DNA from: Eledone cirrhosa
Taxonomy: Eukaryota
Reading direction: 5' to 3'
Length of the DNA: 64,000 bases
Assembly: GCA_964016885.1 (NCBI GenBank)
Contig: CAXHJY010000636.1
Location: forward strand, 40,819 to 104,818
Shown piece after piece: positions 42,833 through 58,317 of this stretch (position 1 is its first letter; each line of letters starts with the position of its first letter). The position numbers were made by a program, and so were the translations under genes. Below the pieces are notes generated by a model that had not been told where the DNA came from, made no database searches, and saw only the letters and a list, made by a program, of their open reading frames with translations.

Positions 42833-43637
42833 CATAAGCACACAAACCACACACATAGATACACACACATATGTACACACACACACACACAAACACACAC
42901 ACATATATATATATATATATACACAACCACACAAACCACACACACACATATATGTAAACACACACATATATATATATATATATATACATTCATGCACACA
43001 CACACACACACACACATATACATACATAACCACACAAACCACACACACACATATATGTACACACACTCAGCTATAAAACCTTTCACTTGGATTGTTATCG
43101 ATCTGATTAAACGTGATTGATAGCCAATCGACGTTGCCATGGTGATAACCTAACATGACATATGCGGTAACATGTGTGTGTGTGGGTATGTTTTTGTGTC
43201 TATTTCTGTGTATGTGTGTGTATTTCTGTGTGTGTGTGTGGGGGGGGGGGGGGGGGGTTATTAATATCTGTGTGTATGTGTGCGTATTTCTGTGTGTTTG
43301 TGTGTGTATTTGTATGTGTGTATATGTGTGTATTTCTGTCTGTGTGTATGTGTGTGTTTGTGTGTGTTTGTGTGTTTGTGTGTGTTTCTCTGTGCGCGTG
43401 TATTTGTAAGTGTGTATATGTGTGTGTACGTGTGTGTAATTGCGTATGTTTTTGTGCCTATTTGTGTGTATGCTTGTGTATGTGTGTGTATTTGTGTATG
43501 AGCGTGTGTGTTTGTATGTGTGTGTGTTTGTGTGTGAGTGTGTGTGTGTGTTTGTATGTGTGTGTGTGTGTGTGTGTGTTTGTGTGTGTGTCTATTTGTG
43601 TGTATGTGTTTGTGTGTCTGTTTGTGTATGTGTGTGT

Positions 43638-43748
<111 letters not shown>

Positions 43749-43785
43749 CATATATCTGTGTCCATGTGTGTGTGTATATGTATCT

Positions 43786-43827
<42 letters not shown>

Positions 43828-44229
43828 GTATATATGTGTGTGTGTGTGTGTATGTGTGTGTGTATCTGTATCTGCGTGTGGGTATATATACATGTGGGTG
43901 TATATACATGTGTGTATATACGTGTGTGTGTGTACGCAAATGTGTATATGTGTGAGTGTATAATCTGTAAATTATAGATGTTTCTCAATATAAGGAAGAC
44001 AATTAATTGAACACCCCCACCACCACTACCCACCCACCACACCCCCAACACCTCCCCCCGCTACACCGTCCCCTCTCCACCAACCACCCAACACCCTAAC
44101 CACCCGTTTATTTCCCGCCGAATTTTATAGTGAGTAAGGAATGTGGATGGTAGTGTGTGGGGGGGTAGAGGGGAGTGGTGGGCCAGTGGTGGTGATGGTG
44201 GTGGTGTGTAGGACATGGAAGATAGTAGA

Positions 44230-45572
44230 CAGAAGATAGGAGAAGGAGGAGAAGAAGAAGGTGGAGAAGAAGAAGAAGAAGAAGAAGAAGAAGAAGAAGA
44301 AGGAGGAGGAGGAGGAGGAGGAGAAGAAGAAGGAGGAAAAGAAGAAGAAGAAGGAGGAAAAGAAGAACAAGAACAAGAAGAAGAAGAAGAAGAAGAAGGA
44401 GGAAAAGAAGAAGACAGAAGAACAAGAAGAAGAAGAAGAAGAAGAAGGAGGAGGAAAAGAAGAAGAAGAAGAAGAAGGAGGAAAAGAAGAAGAACAAGAC
44501 AGAAGAACAAGACGAAGAAGAAGAAGGAGGAGGAAAAGAAGAAGAAGAAGAAGGAGGAGGAAAAGAAGACAGAAGAAGACAGAAGAAGAAGAAGACAGAA
44601 GAAGAAAAGGGAGAAAGAAGAAAGGAAGAAGAAAAAGAAGAAAAAACAAAGAAAGAAGGAGGAAAAGAAGAAGAAAAAGAAAAAGAAGGAAAACAAGAAG
44701 AAGAAGAAGGAGGAAAAGAAGAAGAAGACAGAAGAACAAGAAGAAGAAGAAGAAGAAGAAGGAGGAGGAAAAGAAGAAGAAGAAAAAGAAGGAGGAAAAG
44801 AAGAAGAACAAGACAGAAGAACAAGACGAAGAAGAAGAAGGAGGAGGAAAAGAAGAAGAACAAGACAGAAGAACAAGACGAAGAAGAAGAAGGAGGAGGA
44901 AAAGAAGAAGAACAAGACAGAAGGAGGAGGAAAAGAAGACAGAAGAAGACAGAAGAAGAAGAAGACAGAAGAAGAAAAGGGAGAAAGAAGAAAGGAAGAA
45001 GAAAAAGAAGAAAAAACAAAGAAAGAAGGAGGAAAAGAAGAAGAAAAAGAAAAAGAAGGAAAACAAGAAGAAGAAGAAGGAGGAAAAGAAGAAGAAGACA
45101 GAAGAACAAGAAGAAGAAGAAGAAGAAGAAGGAGGAGGAAAAGAAGAAGAAGAAGAAGAAGGAGGAAAAGAAGAAGAACAAGACAGAAGAACAAGACGAA
45201 GAAGAAGAAGGAGGAGGAAAAGAAGAAGAACAAGACAGAAGAACAAGACGAAGAAGAAGAAGGAGGAGGAAAAGAAGAAGAACAAGACAGAAGAACAAGA
45301 CGAAGAAGAAGAAGGAGGAGGAAAAGAAGAAGAAGAAGAAGAAGGAGGAGGAAAAGAAGACAGAAGAAGACAGAAGAAGAAGAAGACAGAAGAAGAAAAG
45401 GGAGAAAGAAGAAAGGAAGAAGAAAAAGAAGAAAAAACAAAGAAAGAAGGAGGAAAAGAAGAAGAAAAAGAAAAAGAAGGAAAACAAGAAGAAGAAGGAA
45501 AACAAGAAGAAGAAGAAGAAGAAGAAGAAGAAGAAGAAGAAGAAGAAGGCAAAGAAGAAGGCGAAAGAAAGA
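44230..45572. repeat. (GAA/GGA)n compound purine tract with higher-order duplications
   Basis: Almost T-free on the plus strand. The block gacagaagaagaaaagggagaaagaagaaaggaagaag...aaaaaacaaag recurs at about 44594, 44963 and 45385. Confidence 0.93.
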
Positions 45573-46822
45573 CAGGGGACTTGTAAGCGTGAATAGATAG
45601 GAAAAGCTGACAACAGGAATTGAGTGAAAAATCATCTAGGCTAACAGACAAACTGAAGGAGGAGGAGTTTGGTGGTGGCGGGAGGAAGGGGGGGATGTGC
45701 TGGAGGAGGATGAGGAGGGTAGAAGGTAAAAGACGAACGGTAGAGGGCGGTGTTGGAAAGGGTCTTAGCGAGGCTCTGACAGCGGCGACGTCGTCAGCAG
45801 TGCAGGAGCGTGTTACCGCAGAGGAAGAAACGTTTGTTTTGTCTCTTTAAATTTATTTAAATTATTTTTCAAAAAATAAAACTTTATATTTTCCTGTTGT
45901 TTACAACCAGGCATTTCCCAACGATTGTTTTTCACAGTAATTTTTGAATAAATAAAGTCACACTCACAAATTTTAAATAAAACAAAATTCTTTCAAAAAT
46001 TTTAAATGAAAAAAAAAGGGTCCTTCAAAAATTTTGAATAAAATGCCCCACTCTCAAATTTTGTGAAAAGTCTCACGGATTTCAATAAAAAATATTACAC
46101 ATTTTAATTAAAATGTGTAATATTACTCATTTTAATTAAAATGTGTAATATTACACATTTCATTTAAATGTGTAATATTACACATTTTGATTAAAATGTG
46201 TAATATTACACATTTTGATTAAAATATTTCACTCAAAAATTTTCAATAAAAACCAACACTGACGTTTTGAGTAAACCATTTCACAAAATGTCTTTCAAAT
46301 TTTAGCTAAAAAATGTTAAATGAAAAAGGCTCTCTGACAAAATTTAAATAAAATAACCCACTCCATATTTCACCACAAAAATTTTGAATAAAAATGCTTC
46401 ACTCACTTTTTGAGTTAACTAGTCCCCAAATTGTTTTCCAAATTTTAAGTAAAAAGTTTTTAAAAAAGTCTAAATGAAAAAGACTCCCTTACAAATTTTG
46501 TATAAAATAAGCTTTCAAATTTTGTGAAAAGTCCCACATTTTGAGTAAAATGTTTCACCACAAAAATTTTGAATAGAAATTCCTCACTCACAAATAAAAA
46601 AAAAAAAAAAAGCATCATTCACGCTTTGAGTAAACTAATTCACAAAATGTCTTCCAAATTATAGGTAACAACTTTTAAAAAAATTTTTTCAAAAATGAAA
46701 AAGCATCCCTTACGTATTTTGAATAAAATAACCCACTGAAATATTTTGAAAAATCTCACATTTTTGCATAAAATCTTTCACCACAAAAATTAGGAATAAA
46801 AATACCTGACTCATAAATTTTC

Positions 46823-47326
46823 AATAAAAAGCCTCACTCACGTTTTGAGTAAACTGTTTAACTCACAAACTTTGAAAATAACTATGACAAATTTTGAATG
46901 GAATGTCTCCCAAAGTTTTAGTAAAACTTTCACTCGCAAGATTTGTAATAAAAAGCCTCACTCACGTTTTGAGTAAACTGTTTAACTCACAAACTTTGAA
47001 AATAACTATGACAAATTTTGAATGGAATGTCTCCCAAAGTTTTAGTAAAACTTTCACTCGCAAGATTTGTAATAAAAAGCCTCACTCACGTTTTGAGTAA
47101 ACTGTTTAACTCACAAACTTTGAAAATAACTATGACAAATTTTGAATGGAATGTCTCCCAAAGTTTTAGTAAAACTTTCACTCGCAAGATTTGTAATAAA
47201 AAGCCTCACTCACGTTTTGAGTAAACTGTTTAACTCACAAACTTTGAAAATAACTATGACAAATTTTGAATGGAATGTCTCCCAAAGTTTTAGTAAAACT
47301 TTCACTCGCAAGATTTGTAATAAAAA
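46823..47326. repeat. 124-bp tandem repeat, 4 copies, ending a degenerate AT-rich array (45850-46820)
   Basis: aataaaaagcctcactcacgttttgagtaaac... occurs at 46823, 46947, 47071 and 47195. Degenerate actcacaaatttt-type subunits lie upstream. Confidence 0.95.
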
Positions 47327-47465
47327 TGTCTTACTCACAAACTTGGAATGGAAATGTCTCAAAACGAACTTTAAATAACAAGTGTCACTCACCTGAAATG
47401 AGAAGAAAAATTATGAAGAAATTTAGTAAATGAAAAGATATTTCTGTATATATATATATATTTAA

Positions 47466-47554
47466 TAGAAAGTGGACAACACAAAATATAACTACTCCAG
47501 TACCAAAGGTTTCTGGACACAGACGATAATATAGGTCTGGATCAGTCGTCAGAC

Positions 47555-47558
<4 letters not shown>
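47466..47558 (-). mobile_element. Family D arm with hammerhead core
   Basis: Matches 3923-4005. Minus strand: CTGACGA-ctgatccagac..gtctgtgtcca-GAAA-cc ttt gg-TA. Stem I is poor. Confidence 0.65.
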
Positions 47559-47596
<38 letters not shown>

Positions 47597-47627
47597 GGGA
47601 TAACAGGTTATCGTTATGGCAGTCCAC

Positions 47628-47808
<181 letters not shown>

Positions 47809-47860
47809 TGTATATATACATATATTAGATATTATTTTAACAATGGCGGTGAATTTTAAC

Positions 47861-48050
47861 AGGGCGGTGGATTGGCAGTATCGGTAGAGAGTCGGCAACC
47901 ATGCTTTGAAGCATAGAGTTACGGTCCTTTATGGCCTGAGTTCAAATCCCGCCGAGGTTAACTTTGCCTTTCATCCTTACGGGGTCGATAAAATAAAGTA
48001 CCAGTAATATCAGTATATTAATTGCTGGCCTTGTGCCAAAATTAGATACA
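47861..48050 (+). mobile_element. Full-length tRNA-derived SINE with 15-bp TSD
   Basis: A box tggcagtatcgg (47873) and B box gagttcaaatcc (47938). attattttaacaatg occurs at 47831-47845 and 48051-48065. Confidence 0.93.
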
Positions 48051-48154
48051 ATTATTTTAACAATGAAAACAATAACAAAGTGAAGTTAGACGGCATTGAA
48101 AAAAAAAATATATATATATATATATATAGTTCAAAAGGATATATGTATATATAT

Positions 48155-48262
48155 AATTACATAATAAACAACACATAATTATATCGCGTTGTTTATTATG
48201 AAATTAAATAGCTCTATACATAGAGCACTCTTCTTACCTTTATCTTTTTCACGGAATTACAT
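48155..48262. mobile_element. Collapsed family D-related fold-back remnant
   Basis: cataataaacaac / gttgtttattatg hairpin plus the tail agctctatacatagagcactc...acggaattac. Confidence 0.65.
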
Positions 48263-48286
48263 AATATATATATATATATATATATA

Positions 48287-48559
48287 TTAGAAAGTGAGGT
48301 TTTTTTTTAAAATGAAAAATAACCGAGGTGTCCTACACGAGTGGAAGTATAAAGAAAAAGAGATGAAATCGAAAATGCAACTGAAGTCTTATTTTTTTTA
48401 AAAATATATATATTTATTTGGTTCCTTTACCACAGACCCTCCATCTCAACTCACCTTTTGAAAAGCAGAAGTACTGCGAAACCGGTAAAGGAACCAAATA
48501 AATATATATATTTAAAAAAAAAAAAGACTTCAGTTGCATTTTCGATTTCATCTCTTTTT

Positions 48560-48565
<6 letters not shown>
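48287..48565. mobile_element. Family G element with deleted palindrome centre
   Basis: Tail and left arm up to ttcctttacc are joined through the shared ACC to acagaccctcc of the right arm. Confidence 0.88.
48454..48491 (+). ncRNA. U3-A8 variant hammerhead (family G)
   Basis: cctt-TTGAAAA-gcag aagta ctgc-GAAA-ccgg-TA-aagg. Confidence 0.75.
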
Positions 48566-48638
<73 letters not shown>

Positions 48639-48902
48639 ATTGAGTTTGAATTATTATCACATATCTTACGTTAATTATTTTCCATTTTGACGTTATAGTC
48701 ACTTATATATTATGAAATACTGTTGGCTTCTTGCTCACAATAATTTCTATACTTTCATTTATATATATATATATATAAATTGTGTTTAACACTATGACTT
48801 ATTAAAACAATATAAACAATTCACTATCCAGACAGCCTCCAAAAGTAATGGTTGTATTTTAAAAGGGTACGTCAAAGCTATTTGTAAAACTGTTATATAT
48901 TG

Positions 48903-48967
48903 TATTTTGTCTGATGAAGGCATACCATAATTTAATATGGTATCCCTGAAATATGTATAATGAAATA
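48903..48967 (+). ncRNA. Type I hammerhead ribozyme (family C) within element 48786-49007
   Basis: tattttgt-CTGATGA(48911)-agg c ataccata/tatggtat c cct-GAAA(48948)-tatgta-TA-atgaaata. Confidence 0.87.
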
Positions 48968-49006
48968 AATATGGTTTTATAAATATAGTTTCCATTTATT
49001 AATATC

Positions 49007-49085
<79 letters not shown>

Positions 49086-49088
<3 letters not shown>

Positions 49089-49220
49089 AAGGAAGTGTTG
49101 TAAGGAACCAGGTGGCCCATAACGCACCAGAGTACTCGAGAATTAGTGTAGTAGAGAAGGTAATAGGAAAAGATTGAGGACCCCGACGGCTGAGCTCCGG
49201 CCGTTTCGACAGCGAGATCT
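49086..49220 (-). mobile_element. Diverged family A element without fold-back
   Basis: gtaaggaaccaggtggcccataacgcaccagagtactc...gaccccgacggctgagctccggccgtttcgacagc. Confidence 0.8.
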
Positions 49221-49479
49221 CAACAAATTCAGCAAGGCAATAGAAAGGAATTATAGCTAACTACTGATATTAATGAAAAAAACAGATTCGATTTCAAATA
49301 GACAAACTTATTCTTTACATAATGTGCATGCGTTTGGCAAGGAGAATTAATTAATTAATCAAATAAATATGCAGAGTACAGCGTATATTAGAACGTCTAC
49401 TTCAAGAGAGGAGTCATGAATCTTAACATAACACAATCATCATCGTCCGCATCATCATCATCATCATCATCATCAACTA

Positions 49480-49573
<94 letters not shown>

Positions 49574-49589
49574 ATATATAAGTATTTAT

Positions 49590-49800
49590 AAAATAGATGT
49601 TCTTTTGATCAAGTACATTTTATTATACATATTTCGGATGTACAACAGTACGTCCTCATCAGACAAAATATAATGATACATGACATACCCTGAGATGTTA
49701 AATGGTTAAGATTTAAGAATTAATACTTATATTAATAACTCTTGAAAATTATTTACTCGTTGAGTGCTTCCAATCTACTGTAAAAATCATTCTTTGACAT
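49590..49800. mobile_element. Family B element: one arm plus tail
   Basis: 49590-49715 matches the left arm 5838-5975, and 49735-49797 matches the tail 6141-6201. The right arm is missing. Confidence 0.82.
49616..49670 (-). ncRNA. Type I hammerhead ribozyme (family B)
   Basis: Minus strand: tattttgt-CTGATGA-gga c gtac tgtt gtac a tcc-GAAA-tatgta-TA-ataaaatg. Stem I is 8 bp including wobbles. Confidence 0.87.
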
Positions 49801-49830
49801 AATCATCAGATATTGTTTAACAATTTAATA

Positions 49831-49901
<71 letters not shown>

Positions 49902-49954
49902 GCCTGCGTGAAAGAGTGCATGAGTAGGGGGGTAATAATATATATATTAGTAGG

Positions 49955-50022
<68 letters not shown>

Positions 50023-50130
50023 ATTTAGTTATAAATATATATACGAGTATATATATGAATATACACACACACACACATGTATATATATATATATATGTAT
50101 ATATATATGTATATATATATGTATATCTAT

Positions 50131-50208
<78 letters not shown>

Positions 50209-50247
50209 ATATATATATATATATATATATATATCTATATATCTATA

Positions 50248-50296
<49 letters not shown>

Positions 50297-50392
50297 GTGT
50301 GTGTTATTCTTATCAGAGTTTCTTGTGGAGTGATCTTCATGCTATGGAAAGCTATTAATTATTTGACGGATTAGAGAGACCGTGATACTGTC

Positions 50393-50449
<57 letters not shown>

Positions 50450-50515
50450 CACACACATATATATATATATACACACACATATATATATATATACACACAC
50501 ATATATATACATACG

Positions 50516-50557
<42 letters not shown>

Positions 50558-50582
50558 TATATATACATATATATATACACAC

Positions 50583-52202
50583 ACACACGTATGTACGTAC
50601 ATACATACGTACATACGTACTTACATACATATATACATACACACACACACACACACACGTATGTACGTACATACATATATATATATACATACATACACAC
50701 ACACGTATGTACGTACATACATACGTACATACATACTTACATACATATATATATACACACACACACACGTATGTACTTTCATACATATATATATACATAC
50801 ATACACACACACGTATGTACGTACATACATACGTACATACGTACTTACATATATACATATACATACATACACACACACGTATGTACTTACATATATATAT
50901 ATACATACATACACACACACCTATGTACGTACATACATACGTACATACGTACTTACATACATATATATATATACATACACACACACGTATGTACTTACAT
51001 ACATACATATTTACACATTAATACACACAGATACACACGTATGTACGTACATACATACGTACTTACATATATATATACATACACACACACACACACACAC
51101 GTATGTACGTACATACATACGTACATACGTACTTACATACATATACACACACACACACACACACACGTATGTACGTACTTACATATATATATACATACAC
51201 ACACACACACACACACACACGTATGTACGTACATACATACGTACATACGTACTTACATACATATATACACACACACACACGTATGTACGTACATACATAT
51301 ATATATACATACATACACACACACGTATGTACGTACATACATACGTACATACGTACTTACATACATATATATATACACACACGCACACGTATGTACGTAC
51401 ATTCATATATATATACATACATACACACACACGTATGTACGTACATACATACGTACATACGTACTTACATACATATATATATACACACACACACACGTAT
51501 GTACTTTCATACATATATATATACATACATACACACACACGTATGTACGTACATACATACGTACATACGTACTTACATACATATACACACACACACACAC
51601 ACACGTATGTACGTACATACATATATATATATACATACATACACACACACGTATGTACGTACATACATACGTACATACGTACTTACATACATATATATAT
51701 ATATACATACACACACACGTATGTACTTACATACATACATATTTACACATTAATACACACAGATACACACGTATGTACGTACATACATACGTACATACGT
51801 ACTTACATACATATATACACACACACACACGTATGTACGTACATACATATATATATACATACATACACACACACGTATGTACGTACATACATACGTACAT
51901 ACGTACTTACATACATATATATATACACACACACACACGTATGTACTTACATACACATATATATACATACATGTACATACATACGTACATACGTACTTAC
52001 ATATATACATATACATACATACACACACACGTATGTACTTACATACATATATATACATACATACACCAACACGTATGTACGTACATACAGACGTACATAC
52101 GTACTTACATACATATATACATACATACACACACACGTATGTACTTACATACATATATATACATACATACATACACACACGTATGTACGTACATACGTAC
52201 TT

Positions 52203-52234
<32 letters not shown>

Positions 52235-52325
52235 GTATGTACGTACGTACATACGTACTTACATACATATATATATATACATACATACATACACAAACAC
52301 GTATGTACGTACATACATACATACA
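50583..52325. repeat. Compound microsatellite-derived array with cacgtatgtacgtacatac modules
   Basis: The module acacgtatgtacgtacatacatacgtacatacgtacttacatac repeats many times with variable (TA)/(CA) spacers. Confidence 0.92.
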
Positions 52326-52344
52326 TAAGTACAACCATACAGAG

Positions 52345-52462
<118 letters not shown>

Positions 52463-52524
52463 GCACTATTAAATGGCTGACAGATTAAATGATGGTCTCA
52501 GATATTACTGTAGACACACACACA

Positions 52525-52623
<99 letters not shown>

Positions 52624-52934
52624 TCATATACACACGTACATTCAGCGACACACTGATATATACATGTATAAAGGCAACCACACGCGCCGGGCCATTGTTT
52701 CCAAGTTTGGTATGCTCTTAATAAGACTGTATATATACACAGATTACTGACTATATATATATATGTATATATATATATATGTGTGTGTGTATGTATGTAT
52801 GTGTATATATACATACATATTTCATTTATGATCACTAATGGATGTCACATGTCTCATACGGTTATGAATATGTTTATCAACATATATATATATATACATA
52901 TATATATACATATATATATATATATGTATGTGTG

Positions 52935-52988
<54 letters not shown>

Positions 52989-53132
52989 TAGAGAGAGAGA
53001 GAGATAGACAGACAGACAGATAGAGAGAGAGAGAGAGATAGGGAGATAGAGAGAGGTGCTGAAAGGATATACATATATACATATATATACACACATATAT
53101 ATACATATAAACATATATATATATACTTGTGT

Positions 53133-53182
<50 letters not shown>

Positions 53183-53258
53183 ACACAAGTATATATATAT
53201 ATGTTTTTATATATATATGTTTATATATATGTTTATATATATATGTTTATATATATAT

Positions 53259-53289
<31 letters not shown>

Positions 53290-53345
53290 CTTATATATAT
53301 ATATATACATATACATATACTTATATATATATATATATATATAAT

Positions 53346-53390
<45 letters not shown>

Positions 53391-53447
53391 AAAAGGGTTC
53401 CAGTATATACGCGTGTGTGTATCTATACATATATATATATATATACA

Positions 53448-53528
<81 letters not shown>

Positions 53529-53648
53529 TAGAGAAAGGAAAGGTTAATGGCAAGATTAGAGCCGGATTAAAAATGATTCGGTTGGATATATTCAGTTAAT
53601 CCGGCGTTGAGGTTATATAGAATAATGAATAGCAGAATGGCTTTCTTT

Positions 53649-53695
<47 letters not shown>

Positions 53696-53813
53696 CAGAC
53701 ACACAGAGAGACAGACACGCACATATATACCAAAATAGGAAAGAAATAGTCAGCTATTTTAAAAGTAAGACATCATATATATATATATTTATATATATAT
53801 ATATATATATATA

Positions 53814-54022
53814 GGAAAAAGTATGACCACGACGGCAGAGCTCAAGCCGTTTCGACGGCTATTTCTGGACTGAATTTTGAATTTAGTCCAGAAATGCCCG
53901 TCGAAACGGCTTGAACTCTGCCGTCGGGGTCATACTTTTTCCTATTCCCCACTCTACTACCCTAAGTATTGAGTACTCTGGTGCGTTATGGTCCATCTGG
54001 TTCCTTACCACATTTCCTTTGT
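53814..54022 (+). mobile_element. Family A fold-back element
   Basis: Arms ggaaaaagtatgaccacgacggcagagc...ctggactgaatt / aatttagtccagaaat...catactttttcc, then the tail, with (TA)n flanks. Confidence 0.9.
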
Positions 54023-54141
<119 letters not shown>

Positions 54142-54951
54142 CTATATATAACACGCAATAAACTGAGTCCAGATGCATCACTGATTTTTCGTTTTTATAC
54201 TATATATATATATATATATATATAATACCCGAATTACTTGATCGTTTTTTTTTTGACTATGCGAATGATTGTTTAACCATCGTCTCGGTGTGTTTGGCCT
54301 TTAATGTTTGTTATAGCTCTGGTTCATCTGAATCATTGAGCACTTGCCGCACATCTCGGAGGTTGTTTTTCGTTATTTCGTGGGCCGAAATGCGAATCTC
54401 GATAATTTATAGAGGTATTTATTTACGCTTTAATTTATATTTTTAATTATCGTGTCTATAGTCTGCCTTTCATAGGTTATAGATTCCATACACTGGTGGT
54501 TTTTTCCCTGTATTATTGATAACGCACTATATATCTCTCTCTGGTGTGTTACCTTCTCAACATATTATATTTTAAAGGGCTCAGGATCTCTTCCCCTTTG
54601 AGCACATTATTTACAGGGAATAACGACGGCCTATGCCTCCGTTAATTTATCGTGGTATATATATATATATATAAATAGGATACACAGATACATTACAGAT
54701 ACACAGATACATTTGCCCTAAATTATATATTTACGCACACTTTTTCACTATACGTATACATATGTGCAAACACATATATGCACATCTGTGAGCGTATATA
54801 CATACATATACACACACCTAACTATATTTCTTGAAAGATTTTTATATATTTCATATTCTAATTCATTTGTCTATATATTTATTTATTTATTTATTTTTTT
54901 TTTTTTTTGCTTTTCTTGATAAGACTTTCCAAGTATTAACCCATGTTTTAT

Positions 54952-55029
54952 ATTGCCTCGTCTGACGAACGAATGAAGACGTTTCTTTCGTATTCGCCTC
55001 ATTCGGGAAACCTCTGGTAATGAGGTAAT
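54952..55029 (+). ncRNA. Type I hammerhead ribozyme (family D-related)
   Basis: attgcctcgt-CTGACGA(54962)-a cgaatga...tcattcg g-GAAA(55007)-cc tct gg-TA-atgaggtaat. Stem I is 10 bp and the triplet is GUA. The tail catagagcactc follows. Confidence 0.87.
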
Positions 55030-55126
55030 TATATTGTATTGATTTTTATACATTAAATTTTGCTCTGGTACTTACATAGAGCACTCTTCACTTCTATGAC
55101 CTTTTCTGTTTTCAACGGAAATTTCA

Positions 55127-55240
<114 letters not shown>

Positions 55241-55460
55241 GAAAAATTGAACAGGGACAGAACAGAGAGGCAGTACGATAAATGTTTATTAAATTCACGC
55301 TCAGGCGAGTGAGGGGTAGGTATATATATATATATATGAGAGACGTAAAATAAGAAAATTATAAAATTAACTTACTTACTAAAATATCACTTCCAACTAA
55401 TTAGTTTCTGGAATGGAGTAAATATATTTTCCGAAGAAGATATAGAGAAACATTCCGTCG

Positions 55461-55591
<131 letters not shown>

Positions 55592-55829
55592 GGATAATAT
55601 CGTTATAGGTAATCCAGTTAGATGTTGTGAGTACTCTGTATTGTGGGTAGTTTTAAAGTACGGCGTTACTACAAATAAAACCCTTTTTGTACTCCTGACC
55701 ATGTTATTGTTCACTCTTTCACTATATATGAATATATAAATTTTGAGTATGTGTTATTGTTTACCAACACCTCAGTATGCAGGTTGGAGCACTCGACGAA
55801 GTACGCAGTTTGGTTCCTACATTAATTCT

Positions 55830-55886
55830 GACTCCCTGATGAGGTCACAGACAATAATGGCTGTCACTGAAATACGTATAGCAGCG
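55830..55886 (+). ncRNA. Type I hammerhead motif
   Basis: CTGATGA(55836)-ggt c acag/ctgt c act-GAAA(55869)-tacgta-TA. ATACGTAT is a perfect palindrome. Stem I (ctcc/gcag) is imperfect. Confidence 0.68.
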
Positions 55887-56704
55887 AATTGGATTAAACG
55901 AAGCCAACTTTAACATGATTGACTTACACTTATTATGTTATACACACACACACACACACACACAGACACACACACACACACACACAGACACACACACATA
56001 TATATATATACACATAAATTTAAAGCATCAACAACACTGACACCAGCACTAACACCACCAAAACCACCCCACCATCATTTTAATACCACTTCCACCACTA
56101 ACACCACCACCACCACCACCACCACCACCACCACCACCAGCCCTATGGCGGACATTAGACGCTAAATATACGGTTCGATGCCAAGAAGGGTTGCGTGGTG
56201 GGGGAAGTAGGTAAGCCCCCTCCTCTTCTCTCTGTCCCTTCACCTCTAACCGAGTACTACATCTTTGTTGGAAAAACGGGGTCTCGGGCGAGTGACGCGT
56301 GGTAGGGTCGGTCGGGGTGGCGTACAGGGTACAGAGTGCATCCCCCGTCTCTTATCTCTCATACACTCTCTATCGGGTGGAATGGGGGTGCCACAGGGGT
56401 GGGGGCTGGTGAGATATGTGGTAAATATAGGGAGAGGAGGAGAAGGGCAGCAAGGGGAGGGGGGAAGGCGAGGTCATTCCCAGATTTTTCAAAGATAAGC
56501 TCTGTATCTCACTCTGCCGCCTGCCCTTCATCATTCGGGTTTATGAAACAACCCCCAGCCCTCCACTTCTCATTCACCCAACGCCCTCGGCCCCCTTCTT
56601 CAACCACCACCACCGCCGCCATCCACCATCACTACCACTACCACCACCACCGCCGCCGCCGCCTCCGCCCACCAACACCACCACCACCAGTGTGGGACTA
56701 GCTG

Positions 56705-56775
56705 TTGAAACGGCAAGAGCTCAGCCGTCGGGGTCATATAACGATACTCTACTACCCGAAGTATCGAGTACTCTA
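56705..56775 (+). mobile_element. Diverged family A fragment
   Basis: gaaacggcaagagctcagccgtcggggtcata...actctactacccgaagtatcgagtactct. An inverted tail end (acgaaggatgtgtggtaagga) lies at 57451-57471. Confidence 0.75.
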
Positions 56776-56937
56776 GTGAGTAATGGTCTAACCAGTATCA
56801 ACTATATATATATATATATATACTTATATATATATATATATATATGTATATACATACATATATATATATATATATGTATGTATATATATATATACATACA
56901 TACATATATATATATATATATGTATGTATATATATAT

Positions 56938-57012
<75 letters not shown>

Positions 57013-57046
57013 TGCATATATATATATATACATATATATATGCATA

Positions 57047-57080
<34 letters not shown>

Positions 57081-57103
57081 CATATACATATATATATATA
57101 TAC

Positions 57104-57152
<49 letters not shown>

Positions 57153-57197
57153 CATACATATATATATATATATACATACATACATATATATATATAT

Positions 57198-57344
<147 letters not shown>

Positions 57345-57363
57345 CATACATACATATATATAT

Positions 57364-57450
<87 letters not shown>

Positions 57451-57502
57451 ACGAAGGATGTGTGGTAAGGATATTTATATTTATATATATATATATATAC
57501 AT

Positions 57503-57642
<140 letters not shown>

Positions 57643-57965
57643 TGTGATTGGTGAACGGCTGGAGACCATTCGATGGCAGACATATTAGGCTCATTCAGTC
57701 ATTGCACAGAAAAACACCGAAAACAACAACAACAACAACAACAACAACAGCAACAACAACAACAGCAGCAACAATGGCGGATAAGAAAATAGGCAATATG
57801 GCCGACTGTTGAGACATATTGGTTGTATGGACGGCTGGACGGATGGGTGGAGAGTCGGCGCGGTGTGGTGTGGTGTTGAGTGGTGCCGTGTTTACGGCTG
57901 GTTGCTCGGGTGTGGTTGAATGGATGTGTTGATGGATGAAAGTCCAGATAGACATCTCTCTCTCT

Positions 57966-58003
<38 letters not shown>

Positions 58004-58041
58004 CTCTCTCGCCCCTCCCTCTATATCTTTCTATATATACG

Positions 58042-58074
<33 letters not shown>

Positions 58075-58159
58075 CTTTCTGTATATACGTTTCTCTCTCT
58101 CTCTCTCCCCTCTCTATATCTTTCTATATATAAAACTCTCTCTCTATATATATATATAA

Positions 58160-58198
<39 letters not shown>

Positions 58199-58282
58199 CA
58201 CGCATATACTTATATATTTGTGTATATATACAAACACACATATATAGATACATGCATACACACACGTGCACGCACGTGCACG

Positions 58283-58317
<35 letters not shown>

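Noticed and set aside
44215-45600. 461-aa E/K/R-rich protein
   Set aside because: All frames are open because the strand lacks T. Apparent frames switch composition at indels, as expected of a non-coding GAA satellite.
47861-47955. tRNA gene
   Set aside because: The A and B boxes belong to a SINE head. There is no cloverleaf, and it continues into the SINE core and is bounded by a TSD.
49220-49430. Possible decayed PLE GIY-YIG C-terminus upstream of a family A copy on the minus strand
   Set aside because: Only a faint resemblance (RCTL, NKF) with stops, which is not supportable without a profile search.
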